From: Candidatus Cloacimonadales bacterium
GTDB lineage: Bacteria > Cloacimonadota > Cloacimonadia > Cloacimonadales > JAIOQZ01
Reading direction: 5' to 3'
DNA length: 64,000 bases
Assembly: GCA_963674825.1 (NCBI GenBank)
Contig: OY771587.1
Coordinates: forward strand, 608,001 to 672,000
The notes beneath the pieces are model-generated. The model was not told the DNA's origin, did not search any database, and worked only from the letters and a program-made list of their open reading frames with translations. Made by a program: the position numbers and the translations under genes. Positions 8,689 through 18,433 of the stretch are shown in pieces (position 1 is the stretch's first letter; the number at the start of each line of letters is the position of its first letter).

Positions 8689-9646
8689 GGTTCAACTCCG
8701 ATGCAAACTGCTCGTAGAGCTCCTTGCCTTTGTGGGTTACGGGATTGAAATCCCATTCCAGATCCATCTTGAGCTTGAGGCCGTGCTTTTCCTGCAACGC
8801 CTTTAGCACCTGAGGCATATCTCGGTTTACCTCATCGTAATGGATCGTGTAGATTCGCGACGCAAGTTCGGGCTTCTGCAGCCAGCCCTCATAGATCTCG
8901 TGTCCCATCTTCACCTGATGCACGATTTGCTCGATGGGCGAGAGCCGGTGAATCTGTTGATAATCTGGTGTTTTATACGACCACCAGCGACGCGCATCCC
9001 CATAGCGCTTCAGGCGTGTATTGTGGATCGAGACCGCCACATCCGCCAGATCGCGTCGACAATAGATGAACACCGCGTTTCGCTCCACCTGCGCAAACTT
9101 TTCCAGATGCAGCGCGTAGAGCATATTCTTGAACACGATCGGTTTGCGTGCTTCGTTGCGCATCGAAGTCAGGATTTCGGACATGCCGTCCCAATCGATC
9201 GTCTCCTCATGGAATTGATCCTGGATCACCACATTCGGGTAGTTCATCCACTTCATCCAGAAATAGCCGAATTCGTGTGGCTCCTGAACACCTTTGGTGA
9301 CACCAAACGCCGACTTGTAGCTCACATCCGCGTCGTAAAGTCCAAGCATGCGAGATAGCTTAATTCCTACGATAGGTGCCTCCCAGAACCGCGCCATCAG
9401 ATTCGTGGGCCAGATTGAATCCAGGCTGTTGATCAGCGCTTGATAAACCAGCGTCGTACCCGAGCGCGGCAACCCAAAGACATAGACGTTCGGAATGCAG
9501 TTTTCATCGGGATTGCGCACCCAGTAATCGTATCCCGAAAGAAGATCGTTCAGCTCCACCAGAAACCGCTCGTCCTCAATGTTCTTCATGTAGTCCGGCG
9601 TGCGCAGCCGGTTTTCCTGCTCGATAAATTTTGTCAGCTTCGTCAT
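8681..9646 (-). CDS. PAPS-dependent sulfotransferase
   Basis: 5'-PSB loop FGLPRSGTTL; 3'-PB motif IYCRRDLADVAVS. Confidence 0.85.
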   Translation of the reverse strand: MTKLTKFIEQENRLRTPDYMKNIEDERFLVELNDLLSGYDYWVRNPDENCIPNVYVFGLPRSGTTLVYQALINSLDSIWPTNLMARFWEAPIVGIKLSRMLGLYDADVSYKSAFGVTKGVQEPHEFGYFWMKWMNYPNVVIQDQFHEETIDWDGMSEILTSMRNEARKPIVFKNMLYALHLEKFAQVERNAVFIYCRRDLADVAVSIHNTRLKRYGDARRWWSYKTPDYQQIHRLSPIEQIVHQVKMGHEIYEGWLQKPELASRIYTIHYDEVNRDMPQVLKALQEKHGLKLKMDLEWDFNPVTHKGKELYEQFASELNHA

Positions 9647-10800
9647 CCGTTTTCTCCGTTACCGGTCTGGTAAATCCCGGCTTCGCGGTTGATATTTTCC
9701 TTGTTCTGGAATCCGAGGTCTCCCGTCTTCACCGCGTGCCAGGGTGCCAGGAAGTGTCCCTTGTATCTCGCCAGAAGATCTTCCAGATTATAATCTTTAC
9801 GCATCTGGGCAAAGCCATCTTCGTCCAGAATACGGGTCATATATTTATAGGGTAGCAGCAGACTTCCCCAGCCCTGTTTAAACTGGAATATCCCACCGCT
9901 AGGCGGATTGGACGACTGCCAGTTGTAGAGGCGGATATCGTTATCCCGGCACCATTTGAGTGTTTCGTGCACAAGAAAGTAGTTCAGTCTGCGGTCCATT
10001 GCGTCCAGACTCGAAGACATCATGAAATTGTCCATCAGGCCCTGCACATTGTGGATGCAAAAATCGCCGCTCACCAATTCGTCGCCGTCGTAAACCGCAA
10101 AAAATTTCCAGTAGTCACCGAATTCCTTCGAACGGATCGCATTCTCGAAAAGCTCCCACGGAAGCGGCTCGCCCTCCAACTCGCGGATACGCTTGACATG
10201 CAACGTGTCGTACCATTGCTGGACGATCGCTTCGTCGCGCACCACCTCAAACCGGAATCCCGCCTCCAGACCTTTCTTGAGGTTGCGGCGGAAATTGCGC
10301 GATTTATCTTCCGTAATCGCCTCGCCACCGTGGTCGAAGAACCGTTTCACCGGAATTACCATGATAAACGTATCCATACCGGTCTGCGGTTGGAGCCCTT
10401 CGCGGATGGGATCGTCGTCCACCTCGAATGGGTTGGTAGTAAGCGTCATGGCAACGCAGCCAAGCGACTTCGCATACTCCCTGAGCGCGCCCAGAAACTC
10501 GCGATACGCTGCCATGCGATCGGCAACCTTGCCCTGATAGACGATCGTGCCCAGCGATCCTGCCTGTACATTCGACACAAGGATATTGCCGGCCTCGTTT
10601 TTATAAAGATACATGCTCGCACCGATAAACCACTGATCGTTCTGCATATAGCAGAACTTCGGTTCATCACCCGCGATCAGCGATACGATATCGGCCCAGA
10701 AGGTCGTCTGCTGAATGAAGCACGCCGGACAATCCAGCACCTTCATGTCAAACAGCTCGCGCTGCTTAGCACTCGTAAAATCAACTACATGTAAATCCAC
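9643..10800 (-). CDS. GNAT/FemAB-like acyltransferase
   Basis: SRNFRRNLKKG, NYFLVHETLKWC..GGIFQFKQGWG typical of FemAB/Acetyltransf_6 proteins. Confidence 0.75.
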   Translation of the reverse strand: MDLHVVDFTSAKQRELFDMKVLDCPACFIQQTTFWADIVSLIAGDEPKFCYMQNDQWFIGASMYLYKNEAGNILVSNVQAGSLGTIVYQGKVADRMAAYREFLGALREYAKSLGCVAMTLTTNPFEVDDDPIREGLQPQTGMDTFIMVIPVKRFFDHGGEAITEDKSRNFRRNLKKGLEAGFRFEVVRDEAIVQQWYDTLHVKRIRELEGEPLPWELFENAIRSKEFGDYWKFFAVYDGDELVSGDFCIHNVQGLMDNFMMSSSLDAMDRRLNYFLVHETLKWCRDNDIRLYNWQSSNPPSGGIFQFKQGWGSLLLPYKYMTRILDEDGFAQMRKDYNLEDLLARYKGHFLAPWHAVKTGDLGFQNKENINREAGIYQTGNGENG

Positions 10801-11821
10801 ACGTTAATCCTTTTATCAATCGATCACAAATTATCTCGATTTCCTCTTCGGTGAGTGACGGGTAGATCGGCAACGACACCGTCTTTCGATAAATCCGTTC
10901 CGCCACCGGGTAGTCTTTTCCATCTTCCAGCCAATGCAACAGGAAGTCCACGCCCTTTCGAACCTGTACACCACCATTGTCCATCCATGATCGAATCTTC
11001 TCGAAATCACCCTCAATCCACACAGGATAGCGGAACTGGATGGTCTTGGGAAGATTCGGCAACGTGATGCCTTCGACATCGGAGAGTCGCACGCGATAAC
11101 GCTCCGCGATCTCTTCTCGGATCGCTGTAAATTCTTCGAGTCTTCCCAGTTGGCTCATCGCCAACGTCGCCGCGAGGTTACTGAAATTCGCGCCGGAATC
11201 GATGAGAAGCGACTCTTCGTCCCACTTCGATCCCAGCTCAGCCGTCTTCAAGCCCAGGAATCCTCCTTCGCCAGCAGCCAGCATCTTGGTCGCGTGAAAC
11301 GATCCGAAGACCATGTCCGCCATTACGCCCGTCACAGGACTGCCATCGACAACTGCGATCGACTGCGCGATATCCTCGATCATCATGATTCCATGCTCCT
11401 TGCATATCGCACCAATCTTTTCCGCATCCGCAGAGATACCGAAGGGATGCACCACAACCACTGCCTTGACATGCGACGTTATCGTCTTCTCCACCTGCGT
11501 GGGATCGATGCAGTAATCTTCGCCGATATCAATCAGAACCGGCTTCGCGCCAGCATAGCGGATCGCATCATAGACGGTCCTGCAAACGTATGTCGGCAGG
11601 ATCACCTCGTCACCCTTACCGATCTCCAGTAGCTTGAATCCTGCAATCAGCGCTGCCTTTCCCGAAGCGAAACACACTGCGCGTTCCCACCCGAAAAGCT
11701 GCTCCAGCACACTCTCGATAGTACTGGTCTTCTCGCCGCTGGCGATCATGCCGGTTGCGAGTTGCTCCATCACCGTAAGAATGTCGGTCTTGGTGATTGT
11801 CGGTTTAGAGTGCGGGATCAT
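10781..11821 (-). CDS. DegT/DnrJ/EryC1/StrS family PLP sugar aminotransferase
   Basis: GDEVILP, IEDIAQS, SFHATKMLAAGEGG (PLP Lys), VSLPIYP. Confidence 0.9.
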   Translation of the reverse strand: MIPHSKPTITKTDILTVMEQLATGMIASGEKTSTIESVLEQLFGWERAVCFASGKAALIAGFKLLEIGKGDEVILPTYVCRTVYDAIRYAGAKPVLIDIGEDYCIDPTQVEKTITSHVKAVVVVHPFGISADAEKIGAICKEHGIMMIEDIAQSIAVVDGSPVTGVMADMVFGSFHATKMLAAGEGGFLGLKTAELGSKWDEESLLIDSGANFSNLAATLAMSQLGRLEEFTAIREEIAERYRVRLSDVEGITLPNLPKTIQFRYPVWIEGDFEKIRSWMDNGGVQVRKGVDFLLHWLEDGKDYPVAERIYRKTVSLPIYPSLTEEEIEIICDRLIKGLTCGFTCS

Positions 11822-11834
11822 GAATTCCTCTCCC

Positions 11835-13718
11835 CTACGGAATAAAATGTTTCAGCCAAGTCTCGAAGCTGATCAGCGACCAGATTAAAAGCCGGCGATT
11901 ACGGGTGTCGTTAAAGTGTTCCTCGATCAGTTCCCGCACGGTGGAAGGCCGGAGATAATCGTAAATCCGCGCTTTCCTTCGGAAGAACATGTCTTCGATG
12001 TATTTGCGTGATTCACGGCGGAACCAGGTGGCGTCCGGCGCGGAAAACCCCTGTTTGATACCACTGGTGAATTCACCCGGAATATATTGTGATAACATAT
12101 TGCGCAGCACTATTTTACCATCACGCGTCTTTTGGAAATACTTTTCTGCTTTACGACCCGGTTCGTTCTCGTCCTGGCGCACCACTTCGTTAAGATTCAT
12201 GAGCTTGTATTTGACGGGGATTGTCATGGCGAAATCGACCAGATCGTTGTCCAGAAATGGAACGCGCGTCTCCAGTCCATGCGCCATGCTGAGTTTGTCG
12301 TCCACCATCAGGAGCCCATGCAGGAAGGTCTTGCTCTCGAAATAGAGCGAGTAGTTCACGTAATCTTCCGGCGTGATTTGCTTCGAATCATCTTTCAGGA
12401 CACCGCCCAGAACATCGCGGAAGACATCCCGCGTCTGGTAGTTCCATACCTCCGGAAACACGTCCGGCTGGAAGAACCTTGGCTTGTAGCTATCGGGAAT
12501 GAGCCGCTGCCAGTAGCGATAGTACTTATCGGCGTAATCGTCGAAATTGTCGTTGGTTACGGCGCGGTAATAGCGCCACGGATAGCCAGCGAAGATCTCG
12601 TCACCACCCGCGCCGGAAAGCGCTACCTTGACGAACTTACCCGCCAGCCGCGAGACGTAGTAGTTCGGATAGCATTGCCCCACGCGCAGGTCTTCGATAT
12701 GCCAGATCAAATCGTCCATCACCCGCTCCATGTCACCAGCCTTGAGCACCACTTCATAGTGCTCGGTCTTGACCAGGTTGGATAGGAATTCGGCCTTTCG
12801 ACGCTCGTCGAACGACGACTCCTGCATGGAGACATCGGAGAGGTCGAAACCGCAGGTGAAGGTCTTGAGATCGGGAAAATTACGTGCCGCGATGCTGGTA
12901 ATGGCACCTGAATCCATGCCACCGCTGAGAAAGCTTCCAATCTCCACATCGCTGACCAGTTGCCGCGTAGTCGCCTCTTCGAACAGCCTTCTCACCTCGT
13001 TGACGTAGATCCGCTCCTGCGAGAAGTGCTCCACGTCCTGATAGCGGAAATCCCAGTACTGGTGGATATCCAGCGCTGGCTTGTCGCGCCGGTCGAGGAT
13101 GGCGTAATGGCCGGGTTGAAGCATGTGTATATGCTCGAAAAGCGTCAGATCGGAAAAGACGTTCTGGAACGAGAAATATTCGTTCAGCGCGCGGATATCA
13201 ACCCTCGGATTGACAGCCGGGTGCTGAAGGATTGCCTTGATCTCGGACGCGAACACAAGTAAACCACCGCGATTGTAGTAATAGAGCGGCTTCACGCCAT
13301 AGCGGTCACGCGCCATGAACAGGCGCTGGTTGTGCTGATCCCAGATAGCGAATGCGAACATGCCGTTAAACTTCTCGATGCAGCCTGCGCCCCACTTGTG
13401 ATAGGCCTTGAGCACCACCTCGGTGTCGGAATCCGAGAAGAAACTATATCCGTGGCGTTGCAACTCCAGGCGTAGATTCTGGAAATTATAGATCTCACCG
13501 TTGTACACGAGGATGAGGTTCTCGTCCTCGCTTTGCATGGGCTGCGAAGCCCGTTCGGAGAGATCGATGATCGAAAGACGGGTGTGCCCTAGGCCGACAG
13601 GACCCTTCGCCCACCAGTTTTCCGCGTCGGGACCGCGATGCCGGATTGTATGCGTCATCTTCTTGAGCAGAGGCAGTCCGACCGGCTGTTGATCGAGGAT
13701 TCCGACGATTCCACACAT
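11835..13718 (-). CDS. asnB: Asparagine synthase (glutamine-hydrolysing)-like amidotransferase
   Basis: MCGI N-terminal Cys, HRGPD, NGEIYNF, SGGMDS, SGAGGDEIFAGY, LETRVPFLD. Confidence 0.9.
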   Translation of the reverse strand: MCGIVGILDQQPVGLPLLKKMTHTIRHRGPDAENWWAKGPVGLGHTRLSIIDLSERASQPMQSEDENLILVYNGEIYNFQNLRLELQRHGYSFFSDSDTEVVLKAYHKWGAGCIEKFNGMFAFAIWDQHNQRLFMARDRYGVKPLYYYNRGGLLVFASEIKAILQHPAVNPRVDIRALNEYFSFQNVFSDLTLFEHIHMLQPGHYAILDRRDKPALDIHQYWDFRYQDVEHFSQERIYVNEVRRLFEEATTRQLVSDVEIGSFLSGGMDSGAITSIAARNFPDLKTFTCGFDLSDVSMQESSFDERRKAEFLSNLVKTEHYEVVLKAGDMERVMDDLIWHIEDLRVGQCYPNYYVSRLAGKFVKVALSGAGGDEIFAGYPWRYYRAVTNDNFDDYADKYYRYWQRLIPDSYKPRFFQPDVFPEVWNYQTRDVFRDVLGGVLKDDSKQITPEDYVNYSLYFESKTFLHGLLMVDDKLSMAHGLETRVPFLDNDLVDFAMTIPVKYKLMNLNEVVRQDENEPGRKAEKYFQKTRDGKIVLRNMLSQYIPGEFTSGIKQGFSAPDATWFRRESRKYIEDMFFRRKARIYDYLRPSTVRELIEEHFNDTRNRRLLIWSLISFETWLKHFIP

Positions 13719-13719
13719 C

Positions 13720-14904
13720 TTACACCTTCTTTTGTTTCAAGCTGTTGAATAGCGTGTCGACCTCATCGTCTGTGATACCCGGAAAGAACGGCAGCGCTAC
13801 GCTGAGCCGGTCTGCCGCATACGAAGCGATGAAATCGGATGGTTTGAGATTGTATTTCTCACGGTAAAGCTTCTGAATGTGCACCGCGTGGGTTCCCTGG
13901 CGGGTCGCGATGCCCTCTTCTTCCAGCTCGTACATGATCTTGTTACGCTCATCGTTCAAGCGATCGATCGTCTCAATATCTCCGCTTCTGATGGCGTTAA
14001 ACGACTCCTCCGGCTTGAACCAGGTCACATAAGCCTGGTAACCGTGATGATAGCCGCTGGGGACATGCGGTGCCATGAGCCACGGGATTTCCTGAAGGCG
14101 TTCGCGGTAGTCGATGGCAAGTTGTTGTTTAATCTGGATGATTCTCTCGAGCTTACCAGCTTGCGCAACGCCCAACGCACCCTGGAAATCGGTCATGCGG
14201 TAATTGTAACCCAGTTCGGCGTACTCGGTGAGAAGGAAGCTTCCCTTGGAGTGATGGCGATCGTAATCGGTCCGCACAGCCCCATGATCGCGCAGGCTTG
14301 CCGATCGCGTCGCTACATTCTCGTAATCCGTGATGATCATCCCACCTTCGCCGGTGGTAATCGATTTTCGCGGATGGAACGACAGCACACCCGCTTCACC
14401 AAATGTTCCGCAGTGCTTTCCGTCGATCCTGCCGCCCAGGCCACAGGCGCAGTCTTCCATCACCTTCAGGCCATGCTCATGAGCGATCTGCATAATGCGC
14501 GGCATATTGGCGCAGAGTCCGAATAAATGCACCGGGTAGATAGCCTTGGTATTCGGCGTGACAAGCGCTTCTATCCGCTCGGGATCAAGATTGAACGTCT
14601 TGGGATCGATATCGCAAAAGACGGCTTTCACTCCGAGAAATTCCACCGAGTTGGCAGTCGAGACCCAGGTAAACGCGGGAATGATCACCTCATCGCCGGG
14701 CTTGAGATCGAGCACGCGCGAGAGGATGAACTGCCCGGAGGTGCAGGAATTAACCGCGACGCCATGCTTCGCGCCTGTAAATGCGGTGATAAGCCCTTCG
14801 AACTCCTTTACGTAAGGGCCCTGAACAACCCAGCCGGTTTCGAGCGGCTTGGTGATCAGTTCTTTTTCGGTCTCGTCAAAATAGGGTCTGGTAATCGGTA
14901 TCAT
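13720..14904 (-). CDS. DegT/DnrJ/EryC1/StrS family PLP sugar aminotransferase
   Basis: True start MIPITRPYF at 14904 (ATGA overlap); VNSCTSG, MEDCAC, SFHPRKSITTGEGGM, LGYNYRMTD. Confidence 0.9.
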   Translation of the reverse strand: MIPITRPYFDETEKELITKPLETGWVVQGPYVKEFEGLITAFTGAKHGVAVNSCTSGQFILSRVLDLKPGDEVIIPAFTWVSTANSVEFLGVKAVFCDIDPKTFNLDPERIEALVTPNTKAIYPVHLFGLCANMPRIMQIAHEHGLKVMEDCACGLGGRIDGKHCGTFGEAGVLSFHPRKSITTGEGGMIITDYENVATRSASLRDHGAVRTDYDRHHSKGSFLLTEYAELGYNYRMTDFQGALGVAQAGKLERIIQIKQQLAIDYRERLQEIPWLMAPHVPSGYHHGYQAYVTWFKPEESFNAIRSGDIETIDRLNDERNKIMYELEEEGIATRQGTHAVHIQKLYREKYNLKPSDFIASYAADRLSVALPFFPGITDDEVDTLFNSLKQKKV

Positions 14905-15899
14905 TTTCCTTCCATGGATTTCTGGCGCATCAGCACCTGTTCCTGATGCATCTTCCGCCAATCGATAAGACTTTTCAGTCCTTCTGTCAAGCCTGTTTTT
15001 GCCACAAAGCCGGTTTCTTCGGTCAGCTTCTTCGTGGAGCCGATGCGGTTGGTCACGAAAGTCTGTCCCTCCGGTTCGTATTGAATCTCCATGTCCGAGC
15101 CAGTGAGGTCGAGAAGCATCTGGCAAATCTCCTTGATCGACGTACCGATACCGGTACCGACGTTGAAGCACGTGTTGTTGCTGTCCGATTTCAGCGCAGC
15201 GATATTGGCACGGGCGATGTCACGCACATAGATGAAGTCATACGACTGCGAGCCGTCGCCGTAAACGACCGGCGGCTGGCCTTTATCCAGACGATCGAGG
15301 ATCTTCATCATCACTGCGATGTACTTGCCACGGTAGTCCTGGCGAGGACCGTAGACGTTCATGTAGCGCAGCCCGACCTGGTTCAGGCCGTAGCGATGAT
15401 GATACGCGATGGCAAGATGCTCGTCGGCGATCTTGGTGGCACCATAGAACGTAGTATTGTTGTAGGGGTGATCCTCGGTCATGGGGATTTCCAGCGCGTT
15501 GCCGTATACCGACGCGGATGACGACCACACCAGCTTTTTCACTTCATGCTTACGGCAGGCTTCCAGCACGTTGAAAAACCCGCGTACGTTTACTTCGAAC
15601 GCCGATTCAGGGAACTCGTAGCAGTGCAGCAGCCACAACGCTGCGGTATGGATCACATAGTCTACGCCTTCCATGGCTCGGTCGAGGATATCGCGATCAC
15701 GAATATCACCGCCCAGCGTGTAGATATGGCAACGGTCGTCCAGCAGACTTTCTTGGATATTCTCGCGCGTACCACGAGTGAAGTTGTCGTATATCACCAC
15801 TTCGCGAACCGGCTCTTTCAGTAGCTCTTCCACGATGTGCGAGCCGATGAACCCGGCTCCGCCGATCACCATCACTTTCGCGTCTTTCAAATCAAACAT
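14901..15899 (-). CDS. NAD-dependent nucleotide-sugar epimerase/dehydratase (SDR)
   Basis: GGAGFIG, SSSASVYG, YGATK, RYMNVYGPRQ; SD AGGAG. Confidence 0.9.
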   Translation of the reverse strand: MFDLKDAKVMVIGGAGFIGSHIVEELLKEPVREVVIYDNFTRGTRENIQESLLDDRCHIYTLGGDIRDRDILDRAMEGVDYVIHTAALWLLHCYEFPESAFEVNVRGFFNVLEACRKHEVKKLVWSSSASVYGNALEIPMTEDHPYNNTTFYGATKIADEHLAIAYHHRYGLNQVGLRYMNVYGPRQDYRGKYIAVMMKILDRLDKGQPPVVYGDGSQSYDFIYVRDIARANIAALKSDSNNTCFNVGTGIGTSIKEICQMLLDLTGSDMEIQYEPEGQTFVTNRIGSTKKLTEETGFVAKTGLTEGLKSLIDWRKMHQEQVLMRQKSMEGK

Positions 15900-15918
15900 T
15901 GTATCTCCTTTTTCATTT

Positions 15919-15976
15919 AACCCTCACCCCGACCCTCTCCCACTTCGTGGGCGAGGGAGATTTACGGTTGCTCGTC
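15919..15976. repeat. 57-58 bp palindromic repeat, copy 1 (CCCTCACCCC-ACCCTCTCCC...GGGCGAGGG type)
   Basis: Near-identical to 18352-18408 apart from the loop, the spacer and one base. Confidence 0.8.
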
Positions 15977-16090
15977 CGGAGGCCGAACGCTACCTCCTTT
16001 CTCACCCCACAGGAACCGAACTTCTGAATGTGCTGCTTGCAGCTCTTCCGAATGTTTGGTTCTTCATATCACAGTTTCAACGTTCATGTC

Positions 16091-16164
16091 TCCTTCGACT
16101 CCGCTCAGGATGACATGAATAGAGGAATTCAAATCCATGTGTCATCCTGAGCGGAGTCGAAGGA
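16091..16164. repeat. Perfect 25-bp inverted repeat (REP/MITE-like hairpin)
   Basis: TCCTTCGACTCCGCTCAGGATGACA (16091-16115) and exact reverse complement (16140-16164), 24-nt spacer. Confidence 0.85.
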
Positions 16165-16175
16165 CAGCACATGGG

Positions 16176-17216
16176 TCAAACCACCTTCTTCACCTGCACC
16201 AGATAGTACGGTGCAACCATATATCTGCACACGCCAGGAAACCGTCTAATCAGCATGTTCCAAAGCGGTGCAAGCTTGATCATCAATAGCCGCATCCAGG
16301 GATAGATCAAGGACACGACCTTATCGTCGGACGCGTTGTCGTACTGGCTGTACTGGCCTCCGGATTCTGGGTAATACCCTGGCTCCACGCGCACCACGTC
16401 AAAGCTCTCGCGCAGCCGCTTCGCCAACCCGAAAAAGTTCACCGAATGCTCTCCCCAATTGCCTGTCTCGGGATCGCAGGTATCAGTCCAAAACGGCGGT
16501 TTTGGCAGAATACCCGTCTTGAGGTAAAACGCCACCGCTCGCTGGATGTCGTCCCTGCGCAGGCCACGCGTTTTGCGGGTCAGGAGATCGAGCAGATCGC
16601 CGCACAGCTCGGGATGCAGTTCCAAGATAATTCTGCGACGCGCCTCACGACGCGGGACCATATTGGGCGTGCCTTTCTTTTCCCAGAGCAGTTGGCGACG
16701 TGTATTGAAAAAAAGGATAACCGGGTTGAGCCAGTTCGCGCCAGACGCCATCAGGATGGTTCCGCCCGGATTCAGCACAGCGCCAAGCGCTTGAAACGCC
16801 TCGATAGGCCTGTAAAGATGCTCCAGCACATCGTAGTTGATGATCACGTCGTATCGCTTGCGTCGGTCGATATCCTCATACCCGCCGCTGATAGTCTCCT
16901 TGAGCGGAAATCCAAGCTCTTTCGCCACGATAGACGCACCCTCGCACATCTCCGGATTGATGTCCTGAAACGTGACGCTTCCCACGCCATGCAGCAACGC
17001 CAGAAACGATAGTATCCCAGTTCCACCGCCAAAATCGAGCAGCGACACATCTCCCACCTTCCGCAGTTTCAGCGCTTTCTCGAGAATATACTCGTAGCGC
17101 ACGATCACCGAATCGTACTCGCGCAGGTAAACCTGCAAGTACTTCCGGTAAACGGGATAGTCGTCCAGCAGCGTCATGTCCAGCGACGCGAGCCTCTTCT
17201 TCAGTTCCTTGCTCAT
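16176..17216 (-). CDS. Class I SAM-dependent methyltransferase
   Basis: LLDFGGGTGILS motif I, YDVIINYDVLEHL, LNPGG; start at 17216 by ATGA overlap. Confidence 0.85.
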   Translation of the reverse strand: MSKELKKRLASLDMTLLDDYPVYRKYLQVYLREYDSVIVRYEYILEKALKLRKVGDVSLLDFGGGTGILSFLALLHGVGSVTFQDINPEMCEGASIVAKELGFPLKETISGGYEDIDRRKRYDVIINYDVLEHLYRPIEAFQALGAVLNPGGTILMASGANWLNPVILFFNTRRQLLWEKKGTPNMVPRREARRRIILELHPELCGDLLDLLTRKTRGLRRDDIQRAVAFYLKTGILPKPPFWTDTCDPETGNWGEHSVNFFGLAKRLRESFDVVRVEPGYYPESGGQYSQYDNASDDKVVSLIYPWMRLLMIKLAPLWNMLIRRFPGVCRYMVAPYYLVQVKKVV

Positions 17217-18349
17217 CGAATGCTTCCTTTTAATATCTTGCGAAAGAGTGTGATATATTCGTTTGCCGCTCGCCGGATCCCGTAGCGTTCCCGGATCAAT
17301 CGACGGCAATTTTTCCCAAGTTCGATCGACTTCTCTCGATCCTCGCAGAGTGATTCCAGCAAATACGTGACGCTTTCCACATCCTCAATTTCCACCTGAA
17401 AGCCGGTCTCGCCGTGCACCACGAACCCCTGCATGCCGGGCGACTTCGAGCCTATGATGGGAAGTCCGCACGAATACGCTTCCAGACCCGACATCGACAT
17501 TCCCTCTACCTTAGAGAGCAGCAGCAGATAGTCCGCCTTCTGCATCCACTCCCGAACATACGTGCGATTCTGCCAACCGTGGAACCTCACCCGATCCCCA
17601 AGACCGAGTTCGTCCGCCAGACGGTGCAGCTCATCGGAAAGTGGGCCGTCGCCGATGATTTCCAGCCGGAAATCACTCGAGACCTTCGAGAGTGCTTTCA
17701 TCGCAATGGGTATGTTTTTCTCGAACGACAACCGTCCGCAGAATAGGAACGTGGCGGTGTCTTGCTTTTTCTCGGGAATCGCCTCTTGCAGCGCGACCGC
17801 GTTTTCGATTACGCGCACGCCGAACATCGGAAAGACTTCCTGCGCCATGTCCGCCAAGTCCTGACTCACCGCGACTCTTGCCGCGGCCTTGAGTCCGATC
17901 ATACGCCCGATGGGACGAAGAAAGCGAAACCAGCCGGCAAGCTCTTCCACCAGGAACGAGTGGATGTCGCCACCGCGAAATGAGAGCACGTATGGCGTCC
18001 GGTTGAAAAAACTTCCGAACCACGACAAGAGGCCCGTCGGCAGCAGGAAGAAAGTCAGGACAATATCCGGCTTCCAACTGAACAGCAGCCAGAAATAGGG
18101 GATCCATGCCATCTTTGTGAACAGAAACATCTGGAACGCTCCGCTGCGATCTTTGTGCCTGCGAAACGACGGCACCCGAAAGACCTCGAAGCCGTCCACA
18201 CGCTCATAGATGGGCTGTCCCTTGAAATGCGCACTCAAGACACGCACCTCATGGCCCATGCGACTGAATTCGGTCGCCAAAAGCCTCGTCTGTTCGGCTG
18301 CACCACCGCCAAGCGGCGGGTACTCATAGTTCAATAGAAGTATTTTCAT
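17213..18349 (-). CDS. Glycosyltransferase family 4
   Basis: MKILLLNYEYPPLGGGA, FCGRLSFEKN, EGMSMSGLEAYSCGLP; the track's MGEGWGEG extension is the repeat. Confidence 0.9.
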   Translation of the reverse strand: MKILLLNYEYPPLGGGAAEQTRLLATEFSRMGHEVRVLSAHFKGQPIYERVDGFEVFRVPSFRRHKDRSGAFQMFLFTKMAWIPYFWLLFSWKPDIVLTFFLLPTGLLSWFGSFFNRTPYVLSFRGGDIHSFLVEELAGWFRFLRPIGRMIGLKAAARVAVSQDLADMAQEVFPMFGVRVIENAVALQEAIPEKKQDTATFLFCGRLSFEKNIPIAMKALSKVSSDFRLEIIGDGPLSDELHRLADELGLGDRVRFHGWQNRTYVREWMQKADYLLLLSKVEGMSMSGLEAYSCGLPIIGSKSPGMQGFVVHGETGFQVEIEDVESVTYLLESLCEDREKSIELGKNCRRLIRERYGIRRAANEYITLFRKILKGSIR

Positions 18350-18351
18350 CA

Positions 18352-18408
18352 AACCCTCACCCCAACCCTCTCCCATAAATGGGCGAGGGAGCTAAAAGGT
18401 TGCTCGTC
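18352..18408. repeat. 57-58 bp palindromic repeat, copy 2
   Basis: aaccctcaccccaaccctctccca-taaa-tgggcgagggag-ctaaaa-ggttgctcgtc, same orientation as copy 1. Confidence 0.8.
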
Positions 18409-18433
18409 ATGAGACTCTGCACTGCATTCCATA

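Noticed and set aside
14905..15171. N-terminal extensions in the ORF track (also 17217-17309, 18350-18376, 60410-60427)
   Set aside because: They overlap upstream genes or repeats; internal ATGs with ATGA coupling or SD fit family starts
3576..18408. Repeats considered as a CRISPR array or IS ends
   Set aside because: No regularly spaced repeat-spacer units, and no cas or transposase genes
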